32,000 nt of DNA, taken from positions 577,465 to 609,464 of the forward strand of contig JBBISB010000001.1 of assembly GCA_037441475.1 (NCBI GenBank), read 5' to 3'. The notes beneath the pieces were generated by a model. The model searched no databases. It saw only the letters and a list, made by a program, of their open reading frames with translations, and was not told the DNA's origin. The DNA comes from Candidatus Iainarchaeum sp. GTDB lineage: Archaea > Iainarchaeota > Iainarchaeia > Iainarchaeales > CSSED10-239. Shown piece after piece: positions 16,829 to 26,198 of the stretch. Every line of letters starts with the position of its first letter. Positions within the stretch are counted from its first letter, which is position 1. A program made the translations under genes and the position numbers.

Positions 16829-17545
16829 ATGATAACTGCAAAAAACACAACTCTTTTCAAGAACGCCTTAGAGGCAATTTCTTCCTTAATACAGGAAACT
16901 AACGTTAGGTTCAAGCAAGATGGAATCTATATAAAAGCTGTTGACAAAACACAAATTCTCTTACTTGATTTCTATTTTGAGAAAACTGCCTTTGATAATT
17001 ACTTAGTTGATCCAAGCTTAGTTGGTATTAACATACATGAACTATACAATATAGTTTCAAGAGCCTTTGACTCTGATAAACTAAAACTAGATTTAAAAGA
17101 AACTTCTTTAGAGATTAATCTTTCTGGACAGATTGAAAGAAATTTTAATATCAGTTACATAGACATCTCTGATAATGAAATAACAATTCCTGAAATTAAG
17201 TTTGACAGCGAAATTTCTTTAAAAGCTTATTTTTTAAAAGAAATTTTAAAGGACATAAGCTTAATAGGAACAACAGTTACCTTTAAGATAAGAGATAATA
17301 AATTTATTGTTGAGTGTGAGGGGGATAAAGGAAAGATTGAAACCACTCTTCCAAAAGTAAAGATTAAGTCAAAGAAAAATGTTACTGTTAAGTTTTCTTT
17401 ATCATACCTTAAAAACATAACCAAGTCCATTGATAACGATACAGAGGTTATCTTAAAAGTTGCAGACGACTCTCCTCTTTACCTTGAGTATTCTTTGGAT
17501 AATAAGGTGAAAATAAATTTCTATTTATCAAGTATGTTGATTTAA
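16829..17545 (+). CDS. pcn: DNA polymerase sliding clamp (PCNA)
   Basis: 238 aa. The FKNALEAISSLIQETNVRFKQDGIYIKAVDKTQILLLDF N-terminal pattern and two-domain repeat layout are typical of archaeal PCNA. GTGA lies 7 nt upstream. Confidence 0.88.
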   Translation: MITAKNTTLFKNALEAISSLIQETNVRFKQDGIYIKAVDKTQILLLDFYFEKTAFDNYLVDPSLVGINIHELYNIVSRAFDSDKLKLDLKETSLEINLSGQIERNFNISYIDISDNEITIPEIKFDSEISLKAYFLKEILKDISLIGTTVTFKIRDNKFIVECEGDKGKIETTLPKVKIKSKKNVTVKFSLSYLKNITKSIDNDTEVILKVADDSPLYLEYSLDNKVKINFYLSSMLI

Positions 17546-17554
17546 AGATTATTT

Positions 17555-18233
17555 ATGCCTATAAAAGTAAATAAACCAGGTTTAAACTTAAGAAAGAAAT
17601 CAAATATCCATGCCACTATTATTGATGAGAAGACAGGCAGAAGAAAAATAGATGTTTCTGATAGTGTTAGACATGCTATATCTAATGCTCCTTTAAAAGG
17701 TGAACTTTGGGGTAATAATGGGCATATGGTTGATTATAAATTTCAAGCACTTTTAAAAAAAAAGATTATTAAAAAAATTTAATTTATCTCAATTAAAGGA
17801 TAAAAGTATCTTAGTTTTAGGGCCAGGAAAAGGTGCTGAAGTTGTTTTTATAAAAAGTTTACTTAAGGAAACAAATGTTGATGTTTTGGGTCTTTCAAAA
17901 AATTTATCTGCTGAAGCAAAAAAACTTGTAAGAAAAGATTTTTCCCCAGAAAATCCTTCTTTTAAAAAAGTTTTTGAACATTTAAATCATTCTTCCTTAG
18001 TTAGAAAATATGATTTCATTTATTCTTCTTTAGGTCCTACAACTCATACAAACTATCCTGCGCTTGTTATTTTAAAAATTGCCACTTTATTAAAACCAGA
18101 GGGTGTTGCAGTTATTCCTTATATTATAGATTATAATATAAATTATAATAAATTAGTTAAGCAATATGGGTTAGATAATTTTAAAATTAAGTTTGATAAA
18201 GACTTAAATCTTTATATAAAAAGAATAAAATAA
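17555..18233 (+). pseudogene. Class I SAM-dependent methyltransferase, split by a frame change in an A9 run
   Basis: The track ORFs 17555-17782 and 17886-18233 are one gene. The downstream frame is open back to 17757 and encodes motif I (KSILVLGPGKGAEV) with no start codon before the TTG at 17886. The two frames meet at A9 (17755-17763). The post-I and LLKPEGVAVI motifs follow. Confidence 0.65.
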
Positions 18234-18240
18234 AAAAAAG

Positions 18241-18260
18241 AAAGAGATTAAAATCTCTTT
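18241..18260. terminator. 8-bp hairpin between the convergent methyltransferase and lonB, overlapping the lonB stop
   Basis: AAAGAGAT (18241-18248), loop TAAA, ATCTCTTT (18253-18260). The minus-strand transcript continues into C+U8; the plus-strand transcript reaches T5 at 18266-18270. Confidence 0.35.
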
Positions 18261-20140
18261 AATAATTTTTCTTTAGCTGCAGAATCTTCAAAAGCATATT
18301 TAATAACTTCCTTAATATTCTTCACAGGAATAATCTCTATTTTTTCAAGAGCACTTTCTGAAAGAACAACATCTTCTTTATTTGTATAAGGTATTAAAAC
18401 TTGCTTTATCTTTGAATTAATAGCAGCATTAATCTTTCCTGTAACCCCACCAACGGGTAAAACCTCTCCTCTTATAGAAAGTGAACCTGTCATTGCAACT
18501 GATTGCTTGATAGGAATATTTTCAAGAACAGAAATTACTGCTGAGGCTATAGAGATTGATGCAGAGTCTCCTTCAACACCATGTGTTTGTAAAAACTGTA
18601 TATGTATATCATAGTTAGAGACATCTTTTCCTGTTAATTTCTTAAAGATAGCTGATACATTTTCAACAGATTCTTTAGCAATCTCTCCAAGCTTACCTGT
18701 GGCAATTACTTTTCCCTGGTTTTGTGAATGTGCAAAAGTTACTTCACACTCAATAGGTAGCATGATACCTGCTTCTGTCATTCCCATAACAGCAAGTCCA
18801 TTTACTCTCCCTACTTTATTACCAGTTGTCTTATAGATATCATAATCTTTTTTAACATCCATCATCTTTGATACCATCTGTTGCTCTAAGGTTGAAGATG
18901 ACTTCATGGAGTCAATAACTTCTTGTCTTGTTACAAGCATCAGTCCTCTTTCCTTTGCAATATCTCCAGCTGCTCTAACAATACCACCAAGCTCTCTAAG
19001 CTTAAGGGTTAAGTGATTCTTTCTTGTTGCTCTTTTTCTAGCTTCAAAAATAATTTCATCAACAGCTTCTTTTGTAAAGTGAGGTATCTTCTCATCTTTT
19101 AAAACTTCTTGCGCAATAAACTGTGCCATTTTGTTTCTGTTTTCTACACTGTCTGGAATATCAACATTCATTTGACATTCATACCCTGCTCCTCTTATCC
19201 TTGATCTTATTGCAGGATGTACTTTCTCAAGATCTTGGTAGTTACCAGCAGCAACCAATATGAAATCACACGGTGCAGGTGTGGTTCTAACCATGGCTCC
19301 ACTTGAAAGTTCTGATTGTCCAGTAATACTGTATTTCTTTTCTTGTAGAATAGTTAAAAGCTCTTGTTGTGATTTAGGAGAAAGGGATGCAATTTCATCT
19401 AAGAATAAAACACCACCGTTTGCTTTATGAATCATTCCTGGAATAATCCTGTAGTGAGGAGGGGTTCCAAGTCCACCTGACTGTAAAGGATCATGTAAAA
19501 CATCTCCAAGTAAAGCTCCAGCTCTAGCTCCTGTTGCATCAACAAAAGGAACTTGCTTTTTATTGGTGTTATCTATAAGGCTTTTAGGCACTAATCCCTT
19601 TTCTTTTTGCATCATCTGTAAACTTAATGCAGTTGCTATCATTATAAACCCTGAAAGTATAAGCATAGCTCCAAAAACAGTGTCAGATATCACCTTAAAC
19701 TGCCATAAGACAACTGAAAGAATAAGCCATCCCATAGGTAAAACAAAGCTTAAGATTCTTTGTGAGCTCATGCTCTTCATTGCTTGAAGTTTTGCTTCAT
19801 CAATTATTTTTTTACCTTCTCCCGCATTAACAACTTTAATGATTGGGTTATGTGAGTCTTCTGGGTTTGGGTATGATAAAATATCCTTTAACTGATATGG
19901 TGGAAGTGTTTCTGCAAGTGCAGCAGCAATCATTGACTTACCAGTTCCAGGCTCCCCTATCAAAAGAATATGTCTTTTCTGATAAGCTGCTTTTCTTATA
20001 AGGCTAATAGATGTTTCTTGACCAATAACTTGTTCAATTAATTTTTTAGGAACTTTAATTTCACTGGTGTCTTTAAAGTCAAGTGGCTGTATAGTTTCCT
20101 TTGTTTTGCTCTCTTTAACTTTCTTAGTTTCTTTCTTCAT
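18248..20140 (-). CDS. lonB: Archaeal membrane-bound Lon protease (LonB)
   Basis: Walker A GEPGTGKS. Two hydrophobic helices are inserted in the AAA+ module ([18 protein letters not shown]; [17 protein letters not shown]). The protease domain carries GDSASISIA, the catalytic Ser. Confidence 0.93.
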   Translation of the reverse strand: MKKETKKVKESKTKETIQPLDFKDTSEIKVPKKLIEQVIGQETSISLIRKAAYQKRHILLIGEPGTGKSMIAAALAETLPPYQLKDILSYPNPEDSHNPIIKVVNAGEGKKIIDEAKLQAMKSMSSQRILSFVLPMGWLILSVVLWQFKVISDTVFGAMLILSGFIMIATALSLQMMQKEKGLVPKSLIDNTNKKQVPFVDATGARAGALLGDVLHDPLQSGGLGTPPHYRIIPGMIHKANGGVLFLDEIASLSPKSQQELLTILQEKKYSITGQSELSSGAMVRTTPAPCDFILVAAGNYQDLEKVHPAIRSRIRGAGYECQMNVDIPDSVENRNKMAQFIAQEVLKDEKIPHFTKEAVDEIIFEARKRATRKNHLTLKLRELGGIVRAAGDIAKERGLMLVTRQEVIDSMKSSSTLEQQMVSKMMDVKKDYDIYKTTGNKVGRVNGLAVMGMTEAGIMLPIECEVTFAHSQNQGKVIATGKLGEIAKESVENVSAIFKKLTGKDVSNYDIHIQFLQTHGVEGDSASISIASAVISVLENIPIKQSVAMTGSLSIRGEVLPVGGVTGKINAAINSKIKQVLIPYTNKEDVVLSESALEKIEIIPVKNIKEVIKYAFEDSAAKEKLLKRF

Positions 20141-20234
20141 ATTTAATCTTTCTTTTTAAAATTAGTTTTTTCTTAAATGATATATATTACATGTATCAAT
20201 ATCCTTAAAATACATTTGTTTTCATATATATATT

Positions 20235-21158
20235 ATGACAGACAAACTTAATATTTATTTTTTAGGAACAAGCGCATCAACTCCAACAAAAGAGAGAAAC
20301 TTAACTTCTTCTTTAATAAACTATAGAGGTGCAAACTATCTTTTTGATGCTCCAGAAAATGTTCAACAACAGATATTAAAGGTAGGTCAAAGTCTTTTAA
20401 AGATAAAACATATTTTTTTAACACACATGCATGGTGACCATTACTACGGGATCTTAGGTTTACTTTCAAGCATGTCTTTAACCAAGAGAGAAGAGGATCT
20501 TTATATCTATGTTCCTTCAGGTTATAAATCTTTTTTAGAGAATTTTTTAAAAAGTGGGCATGTTGCTTTAACTTATAAACTAATATTTAAAGAGGTTAAA
20601 AATAATCTTAAAATAAGTTTAGATACTTTAACAGTGACTGCTATAAAGCTTGATCACTCCATTCCTTCTTTTGGTTATGTTTTTAAGATAAACGATAAGG
20701 TTGGTAAGTTTAATAAGCAAAAGGCCTTGAAACTAAAAATACCAGAAGGCCCATTATTTTCAAAATTACAAGAAGGCAAAACAATTAAGGTTAATGGTAA
20801 AACCATAAAGCCAGAAGATGTTATGGATTATTCTTTTAGAAAGGTTGGTAGAAAAATAATCTATATGACAGACACCGCTGTTTTAAAGAAACCATCTATG
20901 CTTCTTGACTCTCCTGATATCTTAATACATGAGTGTACCTATAATGACGAAGAGAAAATAAAAGCAAAAGATATGAAACATTCTTATTTTTCAGAAGTTA
21001 TAGATTTTTCAAAAAAGATAAAGGCAAAAGAAACCTATTTGGTTCATTTATCTTCAAGGTATAAAGGAAAAGAAGAGGTTGTTGGAAAATCAAAAGTTAC
21101 AATAAAAGGTTTAAACTTTGCAAAGGATCTAGACTTTATAGAAACAACTGATTATTGA
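20235..21158 (+). CDS. rnz: Ribonuclease Z (tRNA 3' endonuclease)
   Basis: LGTSASTPTKERNLTS, the HxHxDH motif THMHGDHYYG, and 307 aa. Confidence 0.9.
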   Translation: MTDKLNIYFLGTSASTPTKERNLTSSLINYRGANYLFDAPENVQQQILKVGQSLLKIKHIFLTHMHGDHYYGILGLLSSMSLTKREEDLYIYVPSGYKSFLENFLKSGHVALTYKLIFKEVKNNLKISLDTLTVTAIKLDHSIPSFGYVFKINDKVGKFNKQKALKLKIPEGPLFSKLQEGKTIKVNGKTIKPEDVMDYSFRKVGRKIIYMTDTAVLKKPSMLLDSPDILIHECTYNDEEKIKAKDMKHSYFSEVIDFSKKIKAKETYLVHLSSRYKGKEEVVGKSKVTIKGLNFAKDLDFIETTDY

Positions 21159-21850
21159 TACTTGTATTTAAAACTTTTTCCTGGATTTAAAATAACAGTG
21201 TTTACATCAGTATAGTTTTTACCAAACCTGTAGATTAATTCTTGAGGATTTCTTTTAATATCTTCAAAGGTATCATAGTGCATTGGTATAACAAACTCTG
21301 GTCTCATTTTTTTCATAACCCTTATAGCTGTTCCAAGATCCATGGTTCTTTTTCCACCAATAGGTAAAAGAGCAATAGTTGGTTTAAGAGTATCATGATC
21401 TCTTGTCATGTATGTATCTCCTGCAAAATAAATAGTTTTTCCTTTTTTATTTTTAATTAAAAAACTTAAAGGATAAAAGGCACCAGGATGGTGTGCAGGG
21501 TATGCTTTAATGTTAATGTTATTAATGTCCTTTGATTCATACTCAGTAATTGAAACCTTATTATGTTCTTGCCCTTCAAGTTCTTTTAAAACACTGAAGT
21601 GTGCAATTATTTTTGGATTAAATTTTTTAGATAAATAGTTTATAGCTTCTCTATCAAAAGAATCAGTATGTTCATGACTTATTAAAATAGTATCAATTTT
21701 TGGAAGATCTGAAACTTTATGATGGCATGCAACCAGTCTTTTCATATCCCCTAGTTGACAGTTACCAAAGAATGGGTCTGTTAAAATGTTTTTTTTATCC
21801 ACTGTTAACAGAAAAGATGAGTGGCCAAGATATTTAATACTTATACTCAT
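21152..21850 (-). CDS. MBL-fold metallo-hydrolase (paralog of the 10375-11036 gene)
   Basis: IKYLGHSSFLL, ISHEHTDSFD, AGDTYMT, and FVIPMHYDTFEDI share the same architecture as the UPF0173-like gene. The metal motif reads HEHTDS rather than HxHxDH. Confidence 0.75.
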   Translation of the reverse strand: MSISIKYLGHSSFLLTVDKKNILTDPFFGNCQLGDMKRLVACHHKVSDLPKIDTILISHEHTDSFDREAINYLSKKFNPKIIAHFSVLKELEGQEHNKVSITEYESKDINNINIKAYPAHHPGAFYPLSFLIKNKKGKTIYFAGDTYMTRDHDTLKPTIALLPIGGKRTMDLGTAIRVMKKMRPEFVIPMHYDTFEDIKRNPQELIYRFGKNYTDVNTVILNPGKSFKYKYQ

Positions 21851-21974
21851 ATATATCTATTGAACATATTTTTATTTAAAGCCTATTGTTTTTACCCTTA
21901 TTAAAAAGGTATATAAACTTATTTCTACAATATATATTAATATAAACCGAAAATAAAAGTTTAGAGATGGATGT

Positions 21975-22769
21975 ATGATTAATAAAAAAATATTTTTAAT
22001 AATGTTATTAGCTATTTTTTTAATTCCAAATATCTATTCTGCAAAACTAACTAATTTTGATATATCTATTGATATTAGAGGGCCACAAAAAGCCTTTGTT
22101 ACAGAAACCTGGGTTGTCGAGTATGATTCTCAAATATCAAACGATAAAGAATTATTTAAACAACAACTTCTTTTAGCAAACATAGATCTTGATAAGTTTG
22201 TTAAAATCGATCCTAAGTTAAGACCAAACATCTATCTTAAGAACTATTCAAATGTATCTATAGTTTTTGATGAAACAAAAGATATTATAAATATCAATTA
22301 TGAGGTACCTGATCTTTTCCTTCAAAACTACTATGAGACAGATGAGTATATCTTATGGAAGTTTAATGAAAATGTTTTAAGAAACTTAGTTGTAAATAAC
22401 CTTTATGTTATTCCATCATTTTCAAGAGTAATAATACAAGTATACAACCCTTTAATCATTAGTGATACAAACCCTACTGGTGAGATTACAAAAAACATAG
22501 TTGTGTTTAACAGTCTTTCCTCAAATGAACTAAAGGTTTTAGCTTATGAAAAGAAACCTCCTAAACCAAGTTTTGTAATTGTTGGTTCCAGTAATTCAAA
22601 TATCTTTTATTATTTAATAATTATCTTCATTATTGTGCTCTCCATTATTTTAATCTTTAAAGAACCTTTAAGTAAAGCAATAAAGAAGTTTGTAATAAAC
22701 AATTCTGTTATAAAACCTAAAAAACAGAAAAAAGAATTTGTTGTTGATTCTGAAGTTTTTGAAGATTAA
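21975..22769 (+). CDS. Hypothetical secreted, C-terminally membrane-anchored protein
   Basis: N-terminal signal-like MINKKIFLIMLLAIFLIPNIYSA. C-terminal hydrophobic helix NIFYYLIIIFIIVLSIILIF followed by a basic tail. Sequons NYS and NVS. Confidence 0.55.
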   Translation: MINKKIFLIMLLAIFLIPNIYSAKLTNFDISIDIRGPQKAFVTETWVVEYDSQISNDKELFKQQLLLANIDLDKFVKIDPKLRPNIYLKNYSNVSIVFDETKDIININYEVPDLFLQNYYETDEYILWKFNENVLRNLVVNNLYVIPSFSRVIIQVYNPLIISDTNPTGEITKNIVVFNSLSSNELKVLAYEKKPPKPSFVIVGSSNSNIFYYLIIIFIIVLSIILIFKEPLSKAIKKFVINNSVIKPKKQKKEFVVDSEVFED

Positions 22770-22794
22770 ATATATTTTTTTAGCAGGAATTTAC

Positions 22795-24291
22795 ATGATT
22801 TTAAAATTTACAGAAAATGATTATAGTGTATACTCTCTTTTAAAGGAGAAAAAATCTATTGATTTTTCTCAAATACCTTCTCTTTTAAACATAGATGTAG
22901 ATGTTGTCAGAAGATCTTTAGAGCTCTTAAAATCAGAGGGTGTTCTTTTAGAAAAAATAGAAGAAACTATCTCCTTTGATCTAACAGATGTTGGTAAGGC
23001 TTCCTTAGAGAAAGGTTTTGTAGAAGAACTTTTCTGTGATAACATTAAAGACAAAGATGTCTTAATCTCTTCTCTTAAAAGCCTAAAGATAAATGCTCTT
23101 GAAGACAATGAAGTTTCCTTAGCTTTTGGAATTTCAAAAAGACTTAACTTAATATCAATTGAGGATGGTAAGATTATTGTTTTAAAAGACTATAAAGAAA
23201 AAATAAATTTACAAAAAGAAAACCTAAAAAAAATAATTACAAAAGCAGACCTTTCTCTTAAAGATGAAACAAATGATTTTCTTCAAAGAAAGTTTATTTT
23301 TAAAAAAACAGTTTCAAACAAAAGTTATTTTTTCCAAAAAGAAATAGAGTTTGTTATTGATAAAGATAGTATAATCAACCTAACTTCAGAAGACCTTAAA
23401 AGTGGAGATTTTAAAAATCTAAAGTTTAAGGAGTATGAAGTTTCTAAACTTCCAAAAGCAGCTGAGATTGGAAGAGTGCACCCTATGAGAATGATAATGA
23501 ATTACATAAGGGATCTTTATTTAGAGATGGGTTTTAAAGAAATGACAGGTCCATACGTTGATATTTCTTTTTGGCCAATGGACTCTATGTTTATTTCTCA
23601 AGATCATCCGATGAGAGAAATGCAGGATACCTTCTATCTTCCTTTAAAAGGAAAACTTCCTAAAAGTAAAGCCTTTTTAGAAAAAATAAGAAAAGTTCAT
23701 CAGAGTGGAGGAAAAACAACTTCCACTGGACACCAGTATACCTGGGATGAAGAGATGGCTAAAGAGCTTGTCTTAAGAACACACACAACCTCAGTAACCT
23801 TTAGAACCTTTCATAACCTTTCAAAGGAAGAAAAGAAAAACTCAAAATATTTCTGTATAGGTAAAGTTTTCAGAAATGAATCTTTAGATGCAACACACTT
23901 GGCTGAGTTCTATCAGGCAGAGGGTTTTGTAATTGGTAAAAACATCGGTCTTTCAGATTTAATTGGTTTTATAAAAGAATTTTTAAAGAAGCTTGGTATT
24001 ACAAGAATAAAACTAAAACCAACCTATAACCCTTACACAGAACCAAGTGTAGAGGTGTTTGCATACTTTGAAAAATCCAACTCCTATAAGGAAATCATGA
24101 ACTCAGGGGTCTTTAGAAAAGAAACCTTAGAACCATATGGTATAAAGAACAATGTTATTGCCTGGGGTATTGGTATTGAAAGGATAGGTATGCTTCTTTT
24201 AGAGAAGGGAAACATTAAAGAGGTCTTTGGTGACGACTGTGATATCGATTTTTTAAGAAACTATATAATACCAAAAAGAAAGTTTGAGTGA
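22795..24291 (+). CDS. pheS: Phenylalanyl-tRNA synthetase alpha subunit
   Basis: Class II motifs FRNESLDATHLAEFYQAEG and GIGIERIGMLL, plus N-terminal wHTH repeats. ATG 22795 is preferred over the track's TTG 22738, which overlaps the upstream gene. Confidence 0.92.
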   Translation: MILKFTENDYSVYSLLKEKKSIDFSQIPSLLNIDVDVVRRSLELLKSEGVLLEKIEETISFDLTDVGKASLEKGFVEELFCDNIKDKDVLISSLKSLKINALEDNEVSLAFGISKRLNLISIEDGKIIVLKDYKEKINLQKENLKKIITKADLSLKDETNDFLQRKFIFKKTVSNKSYFFQKEIEFVIDKDSIINLTSEDLKSGDFKNLKFKEYEVSKLPKAAEIGRVHPMRMIMNYIRDLYLEMGFKEMTGPYVDISFWPMDSMFISQDHPMREMQDTFYLPLKGKLPKSKAFLEKIRKVHQSGGKTTSTGHQYTWDEEMAKELVLRTHTTSVTFRTFHNLSKEEKKNSKYFCIGKVFRNESLDATHLAEFYQAEGFVIGKNIGLSDLIGFIKEFLKKLGITRIKLKPTYNPYTEPSVEVFAYFEKSNSYKEIMNSGVFRKETLEPYGIKNNVIAWGIGIERIGMLLLEKGNIKEVFGDDCDIDFLRNYIIPKRKFE

Positions 24292-24297
24292 AGTAAA

Positions 24298-25947
24298 ATG
24301 GCTGTAATAGATTTTGAATTTGAAAAATTAAAAAAAGAAATTAATAAACAAATATCTTTAGAAAATTTAGAAGAGGTTCTCTTTGATTTTGGTTTAGAGA
24401 TTGATTCTTACGATAAGGAAACAGATATTCTTAAGGTAGAGATAACTGCAGAAAGAATAGATCTTCTTTCCTTTGTTGGTTTTAAAAGAGCCTTAGAAAG
24501 CTATCTTTCTTTGAAGAAATATATCCCTTATAAAGTAAAACCATCAGGTAGTAAAGTCATAGTTGACCAGTCTGCTGTAAACTATGGTAACTACACCATG
24601 TGTGCAGTTGTTAAAAATTTGTCTTTAGATGATGAAAAAATAAAAGAAATAATAAATGTCCAAGAAAAATTACATTTAACCTATGGAAGAAAAAGAAAGT
24701 CTGTTGCTATCGGTGTTTATTCTTTAGATAAAATATCCTTTCCAATAACCTTTAAAGCAGATTTTCCAGAAAACATAAAGTTTATACCTTTAGGAGAAAC
24801 AAAAGAGATGACAGGCTCTGAGATTATTAAAAACCACCCAACAGGTATTGAATATTCTTCTCTTCTTTTAAACAAACAAAAATATCTTTTCTTTAAGGAT
24901 TCAAACAACAAAGTACTTTCTATGCCTCCAATCATTAACTCTCAAGAAACAGGAAGAGTTACAGAAAATACAAAAGAGGTTTTCTTAGAGTGTACTGGTC
25001 AAAACTTAATTAAGCTTAAAAACACCATGAACATTTTAACATGCATGTTTGCAGACTTTGGTGCAGATATCTTTTCTTTAGAGATTATTTATCCTGATAA
25101 GACTATTGTTTCTCCAGATACAGAAGAGAGAAAAATGGTTGTTTCCTTAAAGTCAATGAACCAAACCTTAGGAACTAAGATTTCTTTAAAGGATGCTATT
25201 TCTCTTTTAGAGAAAATGATGTTTTCTTGCAAGGAACTTTCAAAAGATTCTTTAGAAATATCAATTCCTATCTTTAGAACAGATATAATGCATGAAAACG
25301 ATATTGCTGATGATCTTTCAAGAAGCTATACTCTTTCAAAAACAACTCCTACCTACACAAACGTTCCTTCAATAGGTGAAAGGCTAAAGATATCTATTCT
25401 TCAAGAGCAGTTAATAACTTCCATGGTCTCAATGGGCTTTATTGAAATATTACCTTTCACTCTTTCTTCAAAGAAAGATTCTTTTGAAAACTTTAATTTA
25501 AAGACAGAAAAGTATATTCCCTTAGGCTTTAGTGCAGAGAGTTCAATTAACATGGTTGGTAACTGGATTATTCCAAAGTTATTTAAGGCCTTAACAAACA
25601 ATCAACATAAGGCTTTTCCACAAAAGTTATTTGCTTGTGACTTTATTGTTGTTGAGAATAAAAAAGAGGACACTTTATCAGAGAATAAACTTCATCTTGC
25701 AGCTGTTATTGCAAACTCAAAAATTTCTTTTACTGAAATTTCATCAAACCTTTTAGCCTTAACAAATGTTTTAGGCAAAAATCTTTCTTTAAAACCAAAA
25801 GAATATCCTTTCTATATCAAAGGAAGAAGTGCTGCTGTTTTCATAGATAGCTTAGAGGTAGGGCATATAGGGGAGTTTTCTCCAGAAGTTTTAAGAAACC
25901 ATAGTTACAGTATGCCTGTTTGTGGTTTTGAAATTGACTTTTCTTAA
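24298..25947 (+). CDS. pheT: Phenylalanyl-tRNA synthetase beta subunit
   Basis: 549 aa, 6 nt downstream of pheS with GTGA upstream. Archaeal beta-subunit layout (B3/4- and B5-like regions, RTDIMHENDIADDL). Confidence 0.9.
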   Translation: MAVIDFEFEKLKKEINKQISLENLEEVLFDFGLEIDSYDKETDILKVEITAERIDLLSFVGFKRALESYLSLKKYIPYKVKPSGSKVIVDQSAVNYGNYTMCAVVKNLSLDDEKIKEIINVQEKLHLTYGRKRKSVAIGVYSLDKISFPITFKADFPENIKFIPLGETKEMTGSEIIKNHPTGIEYSSLLLNKQKYLFFKDSNNKVLSMPPIINSQETGRVTENTKEVFLECTGQNLIKLKNTMNILTCMFADFGADIFSLEIIYPDKTIVSPDTEERKMVVSLKSMNQTLGTKISLKDAISLLEKMMFSCKELSKDSLEISIPIFRTDIMHENDIADDLSRSYTLSKTTPTYTNVPSIGERLKISILQEQLITSMVSMGFIEILPFTLSSKKDSFENFNLKTEKYIPLGFSAESSINMVGNWIIPKLFKALTNNQHKAFPQKLFACDFIVVENKKEDTLSENKLHLAAVIANSKISFTEISSNLLALTNVLGKNLSLKPKEYPFYIKGRSAAVFIDSLEVGHIGEFSPEVLRNHSYSMPVCGFEIDFS

Positions 25948-25999
25948 AGGTTTTTAAAAAATATAAACCTTTAAATACTTTTTTTTCTATAACATATAT

Positions 26000-26089
26000 A
26001 TGATAGTTAAGAAAGCATCTTTTAAAAGAGAGATTTTCTCTAAATATAATTCTTCTCTATTCATGACTATTTTCTTTATGGCCATGTGA
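26000..26089 (+). other. Candidate 29-codon small ORF in the pheT-metG spacer (possibly non-functional)
   Basis: ATG 26000 to TGA 26087-26089: MIVKKASFKREIFSKYNSSLFMTIFFMAM. Three of the last eight codons are Met. No SD. The hairpin/T-run begins 3 nt after the stop. Confidence 0.2.
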
Positions 26090-26091
26090 TA

Positions 26092-26115
26092 CCTGCTCTT
26101 CTTAGCAGGTTTTTT
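26092..26115 (+). terminator. Hairpin plus T6 tract
   Basis: CCTGCT (26092-26097), loop CTTCTT, AGCAGG (26104-26109), followed directly by TTTTTT (26110-26115). Oligo-T is the archaeal termination signal. Confidence 0.4.
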
Positions 26116-26139
26116 GTAAGTTTACAAAAAAAAATCAAT

Positions 26140-26168
26140 GGCAAATATTTTATATTAAATATTTTGCC
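26140..26168. promoter_or_regulatory. Dyad-symmetric element GGCAAA-N17-TTTGCC enclosing a TATA-like box upstream of metG
   Basis: GGCAAATATTTTATATTAAATATTTTGCC has 6-bp outer arms and a 4-bp inner AT palindrome. It lies about 30-60 nt upstream of ATG 26199. Confidence 0.3.
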
Positions 26169-26198
26169 TTTTTAGATAAAAAAATGATGTGATTTATT

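Noticed and set aside
17735-17782. PIP-box-like C-terminus (QALLKKKI) on the 75-aa ORF directly downstream of PCNA, considered as a small PCNA-binding protein
   Set aside because: It lacks the aromatic pair of a PIP box. The ORF is better explained as the N-terminal part of the frame-split methyltransferase, since motif I follows in the adjacent frame with no start codon.
26183-26198. ATGATGTGA just upstream of metG, considered as a C-box of a C/D sRNA
   Set aside because: It does not match RUGAUGA, there is no D box (CUGA) or terminal stem at a suitable distance, and the GTGA is better explained as the metG SD.
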